Assembly: GCA_951406725.2 (NCBI GenBank) | Contig: OX597815.1 | Span: 189,224,001-189,288,000, forward strand | Direction: 5' to 3' | DNA from: Octopus vulgaris | Taxonomy: Eukaryota | Length of the DNA stretch: 64,000 nucleotides | Shown here: piece by piece, positions 11,966 through 25,455 of the stretch | Layout of the letters: the number at the start of each line of letters is the position of its first letter | Numbering within the stretch: the first letter of the stretch is position 1 | Program-made: the position numbers and the translations under genes | Notes under the pieces: generated by a model | What the model saw: only the letters and a program-made list of their open reading frames with translations | Databases searched by the model: none | What the model was told of the DNA's origin: nothing

Positions 11966-13087
11966 CAAACAAACAAACAAGGCAATAAATTCCCTGATGC
12001 AGTACCAGGCAGTGGTTCTCATGGTTTCTCATCTTAACTGATTGGAAGTGTTATCATCTACACTGTTTTGTCTTGGTATAAAAGATGGGCTACAGCAAAT
12101 ATTCTGCTCAATACCACAGATTTGTTTGTCAGTTGTTTGACTTTAACAAGTTGACCATGTCCCTTGGTGGCTGACGATATGTGCATCTCTGATCATGAGC
12201 AGAAGTAGTGGGTGAGCATCATAGCCATGTGTTGAGAGGGATTTTTTGGAGTTTGAGTAATTCAGCTCTGGAAGCATGGATGTTTTGTTCATTTATATCT
12301 ACACTAATAAATATATGTGTGTGTATCTACTTCAATAAATATAAACAAATATATCTACAACAGTAAATACACATGCACACACACACACACATATCCATGA
12401 TAGATCGTTAGCCACTACACACATTTTTTTCTCTCCTTGTTTCAGTCCTTGTTTCAGTCCTTGTTTCTTTTTGCATTCCTTTCTGTAGAAGAGCGTAGGC
12501 TCAAAACATAAAAGACCTTTTCAATTCCTGAGCGTTATACTAATACATCTGTTTGTTTTCTACACTACCTGTCTTCGTCTTTTGTTTTTTTTCGTGAATT
12601 CTCCTTATATATATATATGTGCATATTTGTGTGTGTGTGTGTGTGATGGTGTCTGTCCTGGCCCTCCACCTCACTTGACAGCCAGTGTTGGTTTATTTAC
12701 ACCCTTGTAACTTAACAGTTTGGCAAAAGAGAGTGATAGAAAAAAGCACTAGTATTGATAAAGCAAGTGCTAAGATCAATTTATTTGACCAAATAGTAAA
12801 GGTGTTGCCCCAGCATGGTCACAGCCAAATGACTGATGCAATTAAAAGATGGTAATCGATACTAATCTATGCAAATAGACTATAAGAAGTATGAATAATA
12901 AACAACCGTACAAAATTAGTTGTTTGGGGAAAATAATCTGCTATTTTGTCTTTTTTTTTCTGTCTTTGTATAGCAAAACATGAAGAAGAGTTGTTTGTAA
13001 AGCACCATTTTATGAAAGGGGCACCGAGCTACAAAAGGTTGGGAACCATTGCTTTAGCAGATCCCATGCTGTTGCAGTCATTTAGAC

Positions 13088-13650
13088 CAAAAGTTCTCAA
13101 TTGGGGTCCATATAAGATTTTGCTGTTAAAATTTATCTGCAATAAATTAGGTGCAGGAGTGGCTGTGTGGTAAGTAGCTTGAAGTTGTCTGTGTATGGCA
13201 GGTTTGCTAGCCTTCAACTAACACTATCTCCTCCAAGACCCTGTGACACAAGTTGACCAAAATTGAGAGTATGATGGAATAAGGCTTGCTCTTCCTTCCG
13301 TAGATGAAAAAATTATTTACATCAAAAAGGTGCTTTTTTTCTATGAAAATTCCTGTTTTACGATTTTTTGACTGCTGTGTCACCATTTTTTGGTGTATTT
13401 CAACCAGAAAAATGTTCACTTAAAGAAAATAACAAGCTACATAATGTAAAATTTTTACTTTTCCAAAATTCCAATTCTAAAGGATCGAAACAAACCTGAG
13501 CAACGCCTGGCAATACTGCTAGTAATACTTAATTATACTTAATTATAAGAATATAGTAGGAACTTTTAAACATCAAATGTTTATGAGGGTCCATCCATGT
13601 GAGACAGAAATCAGGGGGCTCCATAAGAAATAAACATTTAAGAATCCCTG
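13088..13650. mobile_element. hAT-type MITE with 8-bp TSD, carrying nested SINE head and Helitron
   Basis: Perfect TSD ATTTAGAC at 13080-13087 and 13651-13658. Homologous to 40951-41212. Confidence 0.75.
13178..13522 (+). mobile_element. Non-autonomous Helitron, 5'-truncated
   Basis: Homologous to 27228-27617; ends in a short hairpin plus CTAG|T. Confidence 0.8.
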
Positions 13651-13763
13651 ATTTAGACAGTCCTCTTTCTGAGAATAAATAAGCCAACACTACTGGTGTC
13701 CTTTGCTCATTTCTGCTTCCTCACTACCATCCATCCATCCATCTCAAAGATCCTGTAAATATC

Positions 13764-14364
13764 TGTTTCTTTACTACCCACAAGGGGCTAAACACAGAGG
13801 GGACAAACAAGGACAGACAAACGGATTAAGTTGATTATATCGACCCCAGTGCATAACTGGTACTTAATTTATCGACCCTTAAAGGATAAAAGGCAAAGTC
13901 AACCTTGGTGGAATTTGAACTCAGAACGTAGCGGCAGACGAAATACCTATTTCTTTACTACCCACAAGGGGCTAAACACAGAGGGGACAAACAAGGACAG
14001 ACCTACGGATTAAGTTGATTATATCGACCCCAGTGCTTAACTGGTACTTAATTTATCGACCCTGAAAGGATGAAAGGCAAAGTCGACCTCGGCGGAATTT
14101 GATCTCAGAACTTAACGGCAGATGAAATACCTATTTCTTTACTGCCCACAAGGAGCTAAACACAGAGGGGACAAACAAGGACAGACAAACGGATTAAGTT
14201 GATTATATCGACCCCAGTGCTTAACTGGTACTTAATTTATCGACCCTGAAAGGATGAAAGGCAAAGTCGACCTCGGCAGAATTTGATCTCAGAACGTAAC
14301 GGCAGACAAAATACCGCTAAGCATATCACTCGGCGTGCTAACGATTCTGCCAGCTCGCCACCCT
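13764..14364 (-). mobile_element. SINE family A tandem trimer
   Basis: One head plus three ~185-bp body/tail units; flanking direct repeat ATCCTGTAAATA. Confidence 0.9.
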
Positions 14365-15021
14365 TTAAATATCCTGTAAATACCATGGGAGTTACCTCTG
14401 TCTTTTGACTAACCATAAAACAATATTAAAACGCTGGGCATAACGGTGTTGTTGTTTTGTTTCATGAGTTATGTTAGTAACATAATATTATGACTATTTG
14501 TGTTATCTTTATTTTTCACTACAAGTTCACCTTCTATTATTCAGATTGTTTTGATTGTCAGTTCTGAGATTCTAGATTTTTCTAAGTCTTTCTACTTAAA
14601 CAATGTCTTTAATTTCTTACAGAATTATGTTTTTATCTTGTGTGATTGAAACATCTATAAGCAGGCTATTCTTTTTTTTTTTTACTATCTAAGTAGTCTT
14701 CAACAATAATATCTGGACAATGTTCTTTTATTTTACTGTCAGTGTGTACATTTATATATCACACCATTGTTTCTCTATCATTTTCAGATATGTTTTGTTG
14801 AATGATTCGCTACCATTTATTTTCTGTGCGAGTTTTACAGAATGGTTCAGTTTCCACCCTCATAGGCGCAGGAGTGGCTGTGTGGTAAGTAGCTTGCTAA
14901 CGAACCACATGGTTCCGGGTTCAGTCCCACTGCGTGGCACCTTGGACAAGTGTCTTCTACTATAGACTCAGGCTGACCAAAGCCTTGTGAGTGGATTTGG
15001 TAGACGGAAACTGAAAGAAGC

Positions 15022-15128
<107 letters not shown>

Positions 15129-15977
15129 ATGTGTTTCTGTGTTTGTCCCCCCAACATCACTTGACAATCCATGTATAGAGAGATGTCCCATTTACACCAG
15201 CTTTGCCTAGCGGTCTACTTTACAGCTCTTCTAAATCTTATAACTGGATTAAAACTAGCAGCCACATGGCTTGGATAAGGGCATATGCTCTACCCTTGGG
15301 GGAAAAGAAATACACATACATGTATGTATGATGGGTGCCTTTCAGTTTCTTATTTCTTTATTGCCCACAAGGGGCTAAACATAGAGGAGACAAACAAGGA
15401 CAGACAAAGGGATTAAGTCGATTATATCGACCCCAGTGTGTAACTGGTACTTATTTAATCGACCCCGAAAGGATGAAAGGCAAAGTCAACCTCAGCAGAA
15501 TTTGAACTCAGAACGTAGCGACAGACGAAATACCGCTAAGCATTTCGCCCGGTGTGCTAACGTTTCTGCCAGCTCGCCACCTTACAACATGTGTCTTTCA
15601 GTTTCTATCAACCAAATCCACTCACAAGGTGTTGGTCAGCCTGAGACTGTAGTGGAAGAAACTTGACCAGGGTATCATGCAGTGGGACTGAACCCAGAAC
15701 CATTGGGTTGGGAAGCAAACTTCTTACTACACAGCCATGCAAAATTTTCCTCATTGACTTGTCCTTGTAATTAATTATAAACCACTGAGGTTATCAGGTG
15801 TGTTGTCATTTACTTAATCTTTTGTAGTTGCTATGATTAACTTAATAACCATGTTTGCTGGGATTGTCATCTGCCATTGTTGTTACTGCTTTTGTTGTTT
15901 AGTTTCAAGGTATCTCTTAGTCCTGGTATGTTAGGTTCCTACCTAATCTAGAATTTCATTTCTCATTTAATACATTT

Positions 15978-16290
15978 GTGGAGGCTCAATGGCCCAGTGG
16001 TCAGGGCAGCAAACTCACGGTTGGATGATTGCGGTTTCGATTCCCAGACTGGGCGTTGTGTATGTTTGAACGAAAACACCTAAAAGCTCCATGAGGCTCC
16101 AGCAGGGGGTGGTGGCACCCCTGTTGTACTCTCTTGCGCTAACTTTCTCTCACTCTCTCTTCCTGTATTTTGGGTATTGCTGCAATGGACTGGAGTCCCG
16201 TCCAGCTGCGGGGAACATATATGCCACAGAAACTGGGAAACTGGGCCCATGAGCCTGGCTAGGCTTGAAAAAGGCGCATAAATAAAGATA
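15978..16290 (+). mobile_element. tRNA-derived SINE family E
   Basis: GTGGAGGCTCAATGGCCCAGTGGTCAGGGCAGC..GGTTTCGATTCCC head. Related copies near 30428, 39368 (-), 40540, 43320 and 46002. Confidence 0.8.
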
Positions 16291-16539
16291 AAAAATAATA
16301 AAAAATTTATCACTTTTATTATGAAGTGATTTATTACCTCTGTTGGGTAAAGCCAGTGAAAAATATCTGCCTTTTACATTGTTTTTTGTATATCCAAATG
16401 TATATCTTGACGATTAAAAATAACTCTGAGGCACAGAAATATATCACGTTAGGATTGATAATGTTGAGAATAAGTTTTTATGCTAAATAGGTGCAAGCTG
16501 TGTGGTAAGAAGTTCACTTCCCACCCATGTGTGCCTTCA

Positions 16540-16817
16540 AATTTCCACCTGCTTTGGTCTCTTCAAAATTCATTAAATTTGTTAGACCTTCAACTATGAA
16601 GAGGATGTAAAAATTCACCTGGGGAAGTTTTTTTTTTTTTTTTGCCAGAAAAGACAGGAAATTCTTTGAGCAGGGTATAATGGATCTGCACACAAGGTGG
16701 CAGAAGATACTGGAATGAAACGGAAATTATATCATTGGTTGAATAAATCACTTTGTGTTTAAAATTTATGTCTTGTTTTCACTTAAAACTCGAATGGACT
16801 TTTTGGCCAACCCAATA
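16540..16817 (+). mobile_element. Mariner 3' end with TIR
   Basis: FFEQGIMDLHTRWQKILE-NGNYII and terminal GACTTTTTGGCCAACCCAATA. Confidence 0.8.
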
Positions 16818-16946
16818 ACTATTTATCGTCTCTCTCCCCTCCTCCTTGTCCCTTCTCTTTTCCCTCTCCCTTTCTCTCCCTCTCTCTCTCTCTCTTTCAC
16901 TCTCTTTTGTTATTCATACATATATACACATCCCACCTACACATAT

Positions 16947-17118
16947 AGGTGCAGGAGTGGCTGTGTGGTAAGTAGCTTGCTAACCAACCACATGGTTCCG
17001 GGTTCAGTCCCACTGCGTGGCATCTTGGGCAAGTGTCTTCTGCTATAGCCCCGGGCTGACCAATGCCTTGTGAGTGGATTTGGTAGACGGAAACTGAAAG
17101 AAGCCTGTCGTATATATG

Positions 17119-17159
<41 letters not shown>

Positions 17160-17388
17160 ATGTGTTTGTGTGTCTGTGCTTGTTTCCCTAGCATTGCTTG
17201 ACAACCGATGCTGGTGTGTTTACGTCCCCGTCACTTAGCGGTTCGGCAAAAGAGACCGATAGAATAAGTACTGGGCTTACAAAAGAATAAGTCCCGGGGT
17301 CGATTTGCTCGACTAAAGGTGGTGCTCCAGCATGGCTGCAGTCAAATGACTGAAACAAGTAAAAGAGAAAAGAGAAAGAGAAAAAGAG
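16947..17388 (+). mobile_element. SINE family C, full-length, near consensus
   Basis: Same architecture as 8144-8560. Further copies near 14863, 19143, 24307 (-), 26389, 34247 (-), 43634 and 59475 (-). Confidence 0.9.
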
Positions 17389-19943
17389 TATATATGAATG
17401 ATTGTAAATTTACACTTGGGTTTCAAATATCAGTACAGTCATTCTTACATTTATTTATTGCAACTGTCATTTTCATTTTCTTTTTTTTTTTTTATTTTCA
17501 TTGCTTTCTTATATTTCTCATTTTCTCAAGAAGTCAATAGCCAAATGTAGAAATATTCTTTTAAGAGAAACTATTTTTAAATAAGCATCAACTGATTTTT
17601 TTTTTCATGATCACAGATGAAGTGCAAATTGGCCACATTTATCTTCAATTATATCTTTTGTCATTACATCTTTCAGATATAATAAGAATTTCTGACTTCT
17701 TACCAATTAAATAAAAAAAAAAAACTAGAGTTTTGGCTAAAATCAATCTCCTGTTCTTGTTTAGTCACAGGTCAGTCATGATTCAGAAGACATACCATCA
17801 AAGGCAATACGATCATGGCCACCCTACCTTGCATTTTTCTTTTTCTTTCTTTTGTTTTTTTTTTATCATGGTGTGATGTAGGAAAATATTAGCCATTGTC
17901 ATCTCTTTTAAAGATAAAAAGATACGGATGCTGTGAGATTTGGTTTCTACCTCAAACAAGTTGTTTAATCATATAGTGCTTTATCTTATCTCTGTGATGT
18001 TAGTCATAAAATTCTTTTTGATAAAATATGAATTCATCACTCATTAATCAATCATACTGGCACTCCATCAATTATGAAGACAAGGGTTCCAGTAGATTGG
18101 ATAAATGGAACAATCTGCTCGTGAACTTAACATGCAAGTGGCTGAGCATGCCACAAATATGTGCAACGCTGAGGAATTTCAACCATGTTTCGTGGACTGC
18201 TACCACAACAGCTCCTTTATAGGATCCAGTTAGCTCAAGACATCATCAGGAGGGCAAACTACTCAGGAACAACAGCAATGTCTCAATTGTCAATGGTAGT
18301 ACTGCCCAGGTGTCGAAACCATAAGGATATCTGTATGGCAGCTGATGATGGAGGCATGTTGGATTGTTGGTATGGCTGTTTCTGTATATGTGGAATAGTG
18401 TTATAACACATCCTTTTGATATCTATGTGTGTGTGTGTGTATGTGTGTGTGTGTGTGTCTTTGTGTCTGTGTTTGTCTCCCACCACTTGTCGTCATGTTT
18501 ATGTCTCTGTAACTTAGTAGTTTAGCAAAAGTGACAGATAGAATAAGTACCAAGCTTAAAATAAAAATTAATATTGGGGTTGATTCATTCGGCTAAAAAT
18601 TCTAAAAATTCTTCAAGACAGTGCTCCAGCATGGCTGCAGCCTAATGACTGAAACAAGTAAAGGATAACAGCAGGTAGTTCAAGTAATAGAAAGAACAGT
18701 CAAGATCTCCCCCAAAACAAACCCAACCATCTTAGAAAAGGACCACATTGGATAATGTAGCTTGGATTAAAAACCAAACCAAAACATAATAGTTATTTAT
18801 TACAGGCCTGATGAAGCAGGTATGTTTTGCTATTAAATTACTACAATCACAATTGTCATGTTGACCTCCAAGGATGGCCATAATGATTAAAGCCATACTG
18901 ACCATAATTACAGCCATACTGAGGGTGAATATAGCCTGGGTGATTATGATCATGGCTCAATTGAGATTAATGAAAATAATCATGGCCATAACGACATTCC
19001 AGCCATGACAAGGACAGAGTGCATGACAGAACAGAGAAATAATACACAGATAATGCCATCGATAAATACACACACACACACACACACATACACACACACA
19101 TGCACACATGCACAGAGGATGTTACTTATAATTATATATACATAGGCGCAGGAGTGGCTGTGTGGTAAGTAGCTTGCTTACCAACCACATGGTTCTGGGT
19201 TCAGTCCCACTGTGTGGCACCTTGGCCAAGTGTCTTCTACAATAGCTTTGGGCCGACCAAAGCCTTGTGAGTGGATTCGTTTGACGAAAACTGAAAGAAG
19301 CCTGTCGTATATATGTATACATACATATATATATATATGTATGTGTGTGTGTATATGTTTGTGTGTCTGTGTTTATCCCCCCAACATCACTTGACAACCG
19401 ATGCTGGTGTGTTTATATCCTTGTAACTTAGTGGTTCAGCAAAAGAGACCGATAGAATAAGTACTAGGCTTCCAAAAAATAAGTTGTGGGGTCGATTTGC
19501 TCGACTAAAGGCGGTGCTCCAGTATGGCCACGGTGAAATGACTGAAACAAGTAAAAGAGTAAAAATGAGTATATACATACATACCTACAAGATGTCATTA
19601 ATAGATATATGCAGTATATATTTTGAGAAAGTCGCTAACAATTATATACACATACATCTACCAACTGTCACTAATAAATACATATTCATTTATATCTACA
19701 CTATTAAATATATGTGTGTGTATCTACTTCAATAGATATAAACAGATATATCTACAACAGTAAATACACACGCACACACAAACACACATATATCCATATG
19801 AACTTTATTAAACATAAACATATATACATCAATATTGACGCTAATAAATATATACTTGTACATATCTACTTTGATAAATATAAACACAAATTTATCTACA
19901 CACATATAAACATATGTATATAAACATATATATCTACAGTAAC

Positions 19944-19974
<31 letters not shown>

Positions 19975-20073
19975 TTGATAAATACAAACATATATATATA
20001 TCTCTACTAATAAACATATACTCATACATAACGGCTTTAATACATATATACACAAGTACATCTACACATACAC

Positions 20074-20106
<33 letters not shown>

Positions 20107-20865
20107 TCTGCAGAATATCACTAATAAATAAACCATTTCATATCAAGGACAAATCAACAACACATTTTCAAACAACTTGTGATTTTTCTACAGAATTTTT
20201 AAACTTTTGTATTTTAATCTTAAAAGCTCTAACATTTGATGATATTAATCTGTGAAAGAATGGTTAGTATTGATTATACAGTATGTTAAGTTGTTTCTAT
20301 AAAATTAATGGATATTTGTTGAATGGAATAAGTTTTCTTAATTTTTGTCTTTTGCCAAGTGTTGTTTGTGTAAACTCCCACACCACTTATTGTCAAAATA
20401 TTTCATTGTAACATTTAAAAATATTTACTGTTCTGGTTTCTGTTCGTTGTTAGTTGTTCAATAACCTTGATAGTGGAGTCCTGCTTCAACAGATTTTTCA
20501 GCAAGATTTAAGCCTAAGGAACACAAATAATCAACCTTTCAAACAAGAACCCCCAGGTATACAGATGCAAGAGGCCTTATGCTCTATAATCTAGATGATG
20601 TTTCAGTTTGGAATTTAAATGTTAAGAATAAAGTATTTGTGGTAAGAATAGATTTGTATTTTAGTCATGGTAATACTGTATTTATTGTGAAACTACACTG
20701 AATAACAAATTTTAAATTTTTGTTAGTATCTGGTCAGTGTTATTTCTATTTGCTTCTGTCTAGAAATCAAAGGAAGTGACAACTATTCCCTTCAAACTTT
20801 GCTTTTGCGACCCTGACATCAATGTTTTGAAACTGACCTGTCTTCATTTCAGACAGATTATGTCA

Positions 20866-20943
20866 GGCTGCTCTTGAGCACTACTGGTAACATGTAATCC
20901 AGTACAACCTGCCGCATGGTCGGGTCGTCAGCGACTAAACTGG
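20866..20943 (+). ncRNA. HDV-like ribozyme fold, decayed
   Basis: P1 GGCTGC/ATGGTC, P2 CCAGT/ACTGG, P3 ACA/CGC (mismatched), L3 ACCTGC, P1.1 CC/GG, P4 TCG-TCAG-CGA, J4/2 CTAA. Confidence 0.55.
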
Positions 20944-21195
20944 CAACCCCATCAAGCTTGCTTGGTGAGGAGGGTGATTTTTGGACACCCTGCGGGACGA
21001 AAAATAAGACCCGTCAAAGGATGCAAGAACTACTGTGTAGTCAATGGCCAATTCAACAAGTACCTTGTCGTGGTGAAGTGCGTGTGTGCTCCATTGACCC
21101 GGAGAGCTATACTGGAGGTAGGGGAATTTTCAGGCAGGTCTTATCAGGAGAGACAGGTCGAAGGGTAGGCGACAGACAAAACCTTAACAACAATA
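20866..21195 (+). mobile_element. RTE-like 5' UTR fragment
   Basis: GC-richer island containing ACCTTGTCGTGGTGAAGTGCGTGTGTGCTCCATTGACCCGGAGAGCTAT, resembling RTE/BovB 5' UTRs from memory. Confidence 0.55.
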
Positions 21196-21389
21196 AATCA
21201 AAGCATCAGTGTGGGAGTATGAATAAGTAATGTGTAGAAGTATAGGGCTGCATTATAAATATATCTGTGTCTATATGTTTATGTGTATGTATAGATATAT
21301 ATATATGTGTGTGTGAGTTTGTGTACGTATTTAGATATGTTTATATACATACATGTATATATGTGCCTGAGCATGTGTGTATATATATT

Positions 21390-21983
21390 TTTTGTTTTTT
21401 GAAATTAGCTATTTCATCTTTAAATATGAGAAATTAAATATATTAGGTTTTCATTATATACAATCGTTTATAGAGTTTATTTTCGATCTTGATTATAATA
21501 TTTATATATATTTTCATTGATAATTTATATATATTAGTCATTTCAAATATCTATATAAGTAGATATAGACTAAAATGGATATTAGAATATGGATTTTCTA
21601 CCTTATAAATTAAAGTTAATATTTCACATTATAGTCGATTTCGATATAATCATATTTAATAATAGAGTTTATTATAAGTAAATTTTTATTTAGATTATAT
21701 AGATTATTTATATCTTAAAAGTATTGATTATATTTTAGGTTTTGAAACCACCTGAAGAATGTCTCATAGAAGTGCTGACACGAAACGATCGTAGTGGTTA
21801 TTTTAATTAAATTTAATTTATATAAATTATTTTATGTATTGGCTTAAGTCTTTCTTTGTTTGATTTGCATAAAAGTGGTTTTGTCTCTAATTTAATATAA
21901 TATAATATAATATTTTACTATAAAATTGGATCCAATCCTAAATCTGATTTTTCCCTGTAAATTTGGATTTATTCCCTAATATT

Positions 21984-21990
<7 letters not shown>
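21390..21990 (+). mobile_element. AT-rich non-coding element carrying a hammerhead (Penelope-like terminus), ending in (TA)n
   Basis: Contains the hammerhead at 21746. Its 3' ~190 bp is homologous to the reverse complement of 6125-6320. Confidence 0.65.
21746..21799 (+). ncRNA. Minimal type I hammerhead ribozyme
   Basis: AACCAC-CTGAAGA-ATGTC..GACAC-GAAA-CGATCG-TA-GTGGTT: 6-bp helix I, complete core, palindromic helix III, GUA cleavage triplet. Confidence 0.8.
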
Positions 21991-22019
<29 letters not shown>

Positions 22020-22604
22020 GCATCAGCATGGCCGCAGCCCTGACCAGAAACTACAGAGAAAAAAAAATAATGGAGCCTGGTGCAGCCATCTGGTTTGCAA
22101 GTCTTCAGTCAAATCGTCCAACCCATGCTAGCATGGGGAGCGGACATTAAACGATGATGAGGATACTGCTGCTGATGACGATGGAATAGTACATTTCTAA
22201 ATCTTTCAGAGAGATTTATACAGCTAGCTGCATAGCTTGCTAGCTGTCGATGCCTATTCGCCTTTGAAAACAAAAGGAGACAGGAAATGTGTCAAGAGCA
22301 ACAGGAAACAGTGTTTCATAGGGCTGCGAGCTGGCAGAAACGTAGCCGTATTTCGTCTGCCGTTACGTTCTGAGTTCAAATTCCGCCGAGGTCGGCTTTG
22401 CCTTTCATCCTTTCGGGGGTCGATTAAATAAGTACCAGTTACGCATTGGGGTCGATGTAATCGACTTAATCCGTTGATCTGTCCTTGTTTGTCCTCTCTG
22501 TGTTTAGCCCCTTGTGGGTAGTAAAGAAATAGGTGTTTCCTAGGGCTAAATAGCAGTAGCATTCTTCCTTTCGTGGGACTGTCACATTAAGTTAACAACA
22601 TACC

Positions 22605-22644
<40 letters not shown>

Positions 22645-22714
22645 GTATATATATATTACGGAGATGTACTCGCATAGCAAGTGATTTGATCTGAGATCGT
22701 GTGCTGGAATGAAA

Positions 22715-23526
<812 letters not shown>

Positions 23527-23527
23527 C

Positions 23528-23578
<51 letters not shown>

Positions 23579-23595
23579 CAGATAAATAGATCGAC

Positions 23596-23647
<52 letters not shown>

Positions 23648-23851
23648 TGATTGATCAACAACCTTAAAATCTATAACATTCAGTGAAAGAATCACCATTA
23701 TTAAGAGGACAATTTTTCAGGTAACTTTCAATCAAATGGATGAAATTTTATCAAATAATCAGCAATAACTAGCATTGTGGGGATATTCATTCGTCAGTTT
23801 GGATGGACACCTCTTCACTTTTAGCATTTTCATTTCGAAATAGTCACTCAC

Positions 23852-23932
23852 CTAGATTGGAAATCTTCCACTGGTGATCTACATCATTTCTAAAAGAAGC
23901 CTTACCTGAGTTTACAGACATTGTGATGCCAC
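23852..23932 (-). CDS. Candidate 81-nt internal exon of an unidentified gene
   Basis: Acceptor atatttcccag, donor TAG|gtgagt, open phase 1-1 frame GITMSVNSGKASFRNDVDHQWKISNL, apparently unique sequence. No homology recognised. Confidence 0.3.
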
Positions 23933-24272
23933 CTGGGAAATATATTGATTATAACTCAATGGAAATAAAGTAACGAGAATATGTAGACAAACCAACAATA
24001 TACCTTCTATCAAAATAATGCTTTTTGTACAAAATTTGAAATTTTGTAATTTAATTGTAAAAAGTCACTAACATTTAATGATTAAAATCCTGCCAAAGAA
24101 TGGCTAATATTGTTTATAAAATCTGTTAATTAATTTCCATGAAATTAAGGAATATTAATTATATCTCAGTAAATTATTTTTTCTTACGTTTGTATTTTTC
24201 TTCTTTTTTTCCTTATTTAATCTTATGTTCTGATGATGGTATCTTTCCTATAGAAGGCAGAACTACACACTG

Positions 24273-24308
<36 letters not shown>

Positions 24309-24521
24309 TCTTTTACTTGCTTCTGTCATTTGACTGTGGCCATGCTGGAGCATCGCCTTTAGTCGATCAAATCGACCTCAGGACTTATTCTTTGTAAGCC
24401 TAGTACTTATTCTATTGGCCTCTTTTGCCAAACCGCTAAGTTACGGGGACATAAACACACCAGCATCGGCTGTCAAGCGATGTTGGAGGGACAAACACAG
24501 ACACACAAACATATACACACG

Positions 24522-24585
<64 letters not shown>

Positions 24586-25169
24586 CACATATATACGAAG
24601 GGCTTCTTTCAGTTTCCATCTACCAAATCCACTCACAAGGCTTTGGTCGGCCCGAGGCTATAGTAGAAGACACTTGTCCAAGGTACCACACAGTGGAAAT
24701 ATGAACCTGGAACCTTGTGGTTGGTAAGCAAGCTACTTACCACTCATCCACTCCTGTGCCATATACATATACTTATATATACTTATATATATATATATAC
24801 ACACACATATAGACCCCGTTTAATGACCGATTCTCACACAATATTTTGTTATTGATATTCACATAGAAGAATTTATTGGTTTATGTTTCCATTGAACTTC
24901 CACATACAAGAAGGAGTATTAATCGAATGGATGAGTATTTATTGCATGAATGAATATTTATTTCAATGTAATCTTTGTAATATATTTTATAATCATCAAT
25001 TAAACGAAAGGAGATGGTGTTTATTTTTTTTAACCCCTTTATGTTTATATCATCACCCACCCACCCATCATCATCATCATCATCATCATCATTTTAATAT
25101 CTAGATTTTGTAATCTGATGGGGGTGGGGTTCGCATTGATCAATAGTTAAGAATATTACCACTTTCGTC

Positions 25170-25411
25170 GTCGTTGTCATCATCATAATCCTCCTCCTCC
25201 TTCTCATCATCATCCTCATTATCATCACCATCATCATCAATCATCACCATCAATCATCAATCACCATCATCAATCAATCAGCATCAATCATCACCAACCA
25301 TCATCAATCATCAATCATCATCATCATCATCATCATCATCAATCATCACCAATCACCACCAGTCATCAATCATCAACATCAATCACCATCATCATCAATC
25401 ATCACCATCAG

Positions 25412-25442
<31 letters not shown>

Positions 25443-25455
25443 TATTATCATCATT
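25170..25455. repeat. (ATC)n/(ATCA)n compound repeat, tail of a family D copy
   Basis: Direct reading. Confidence 0.9.
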
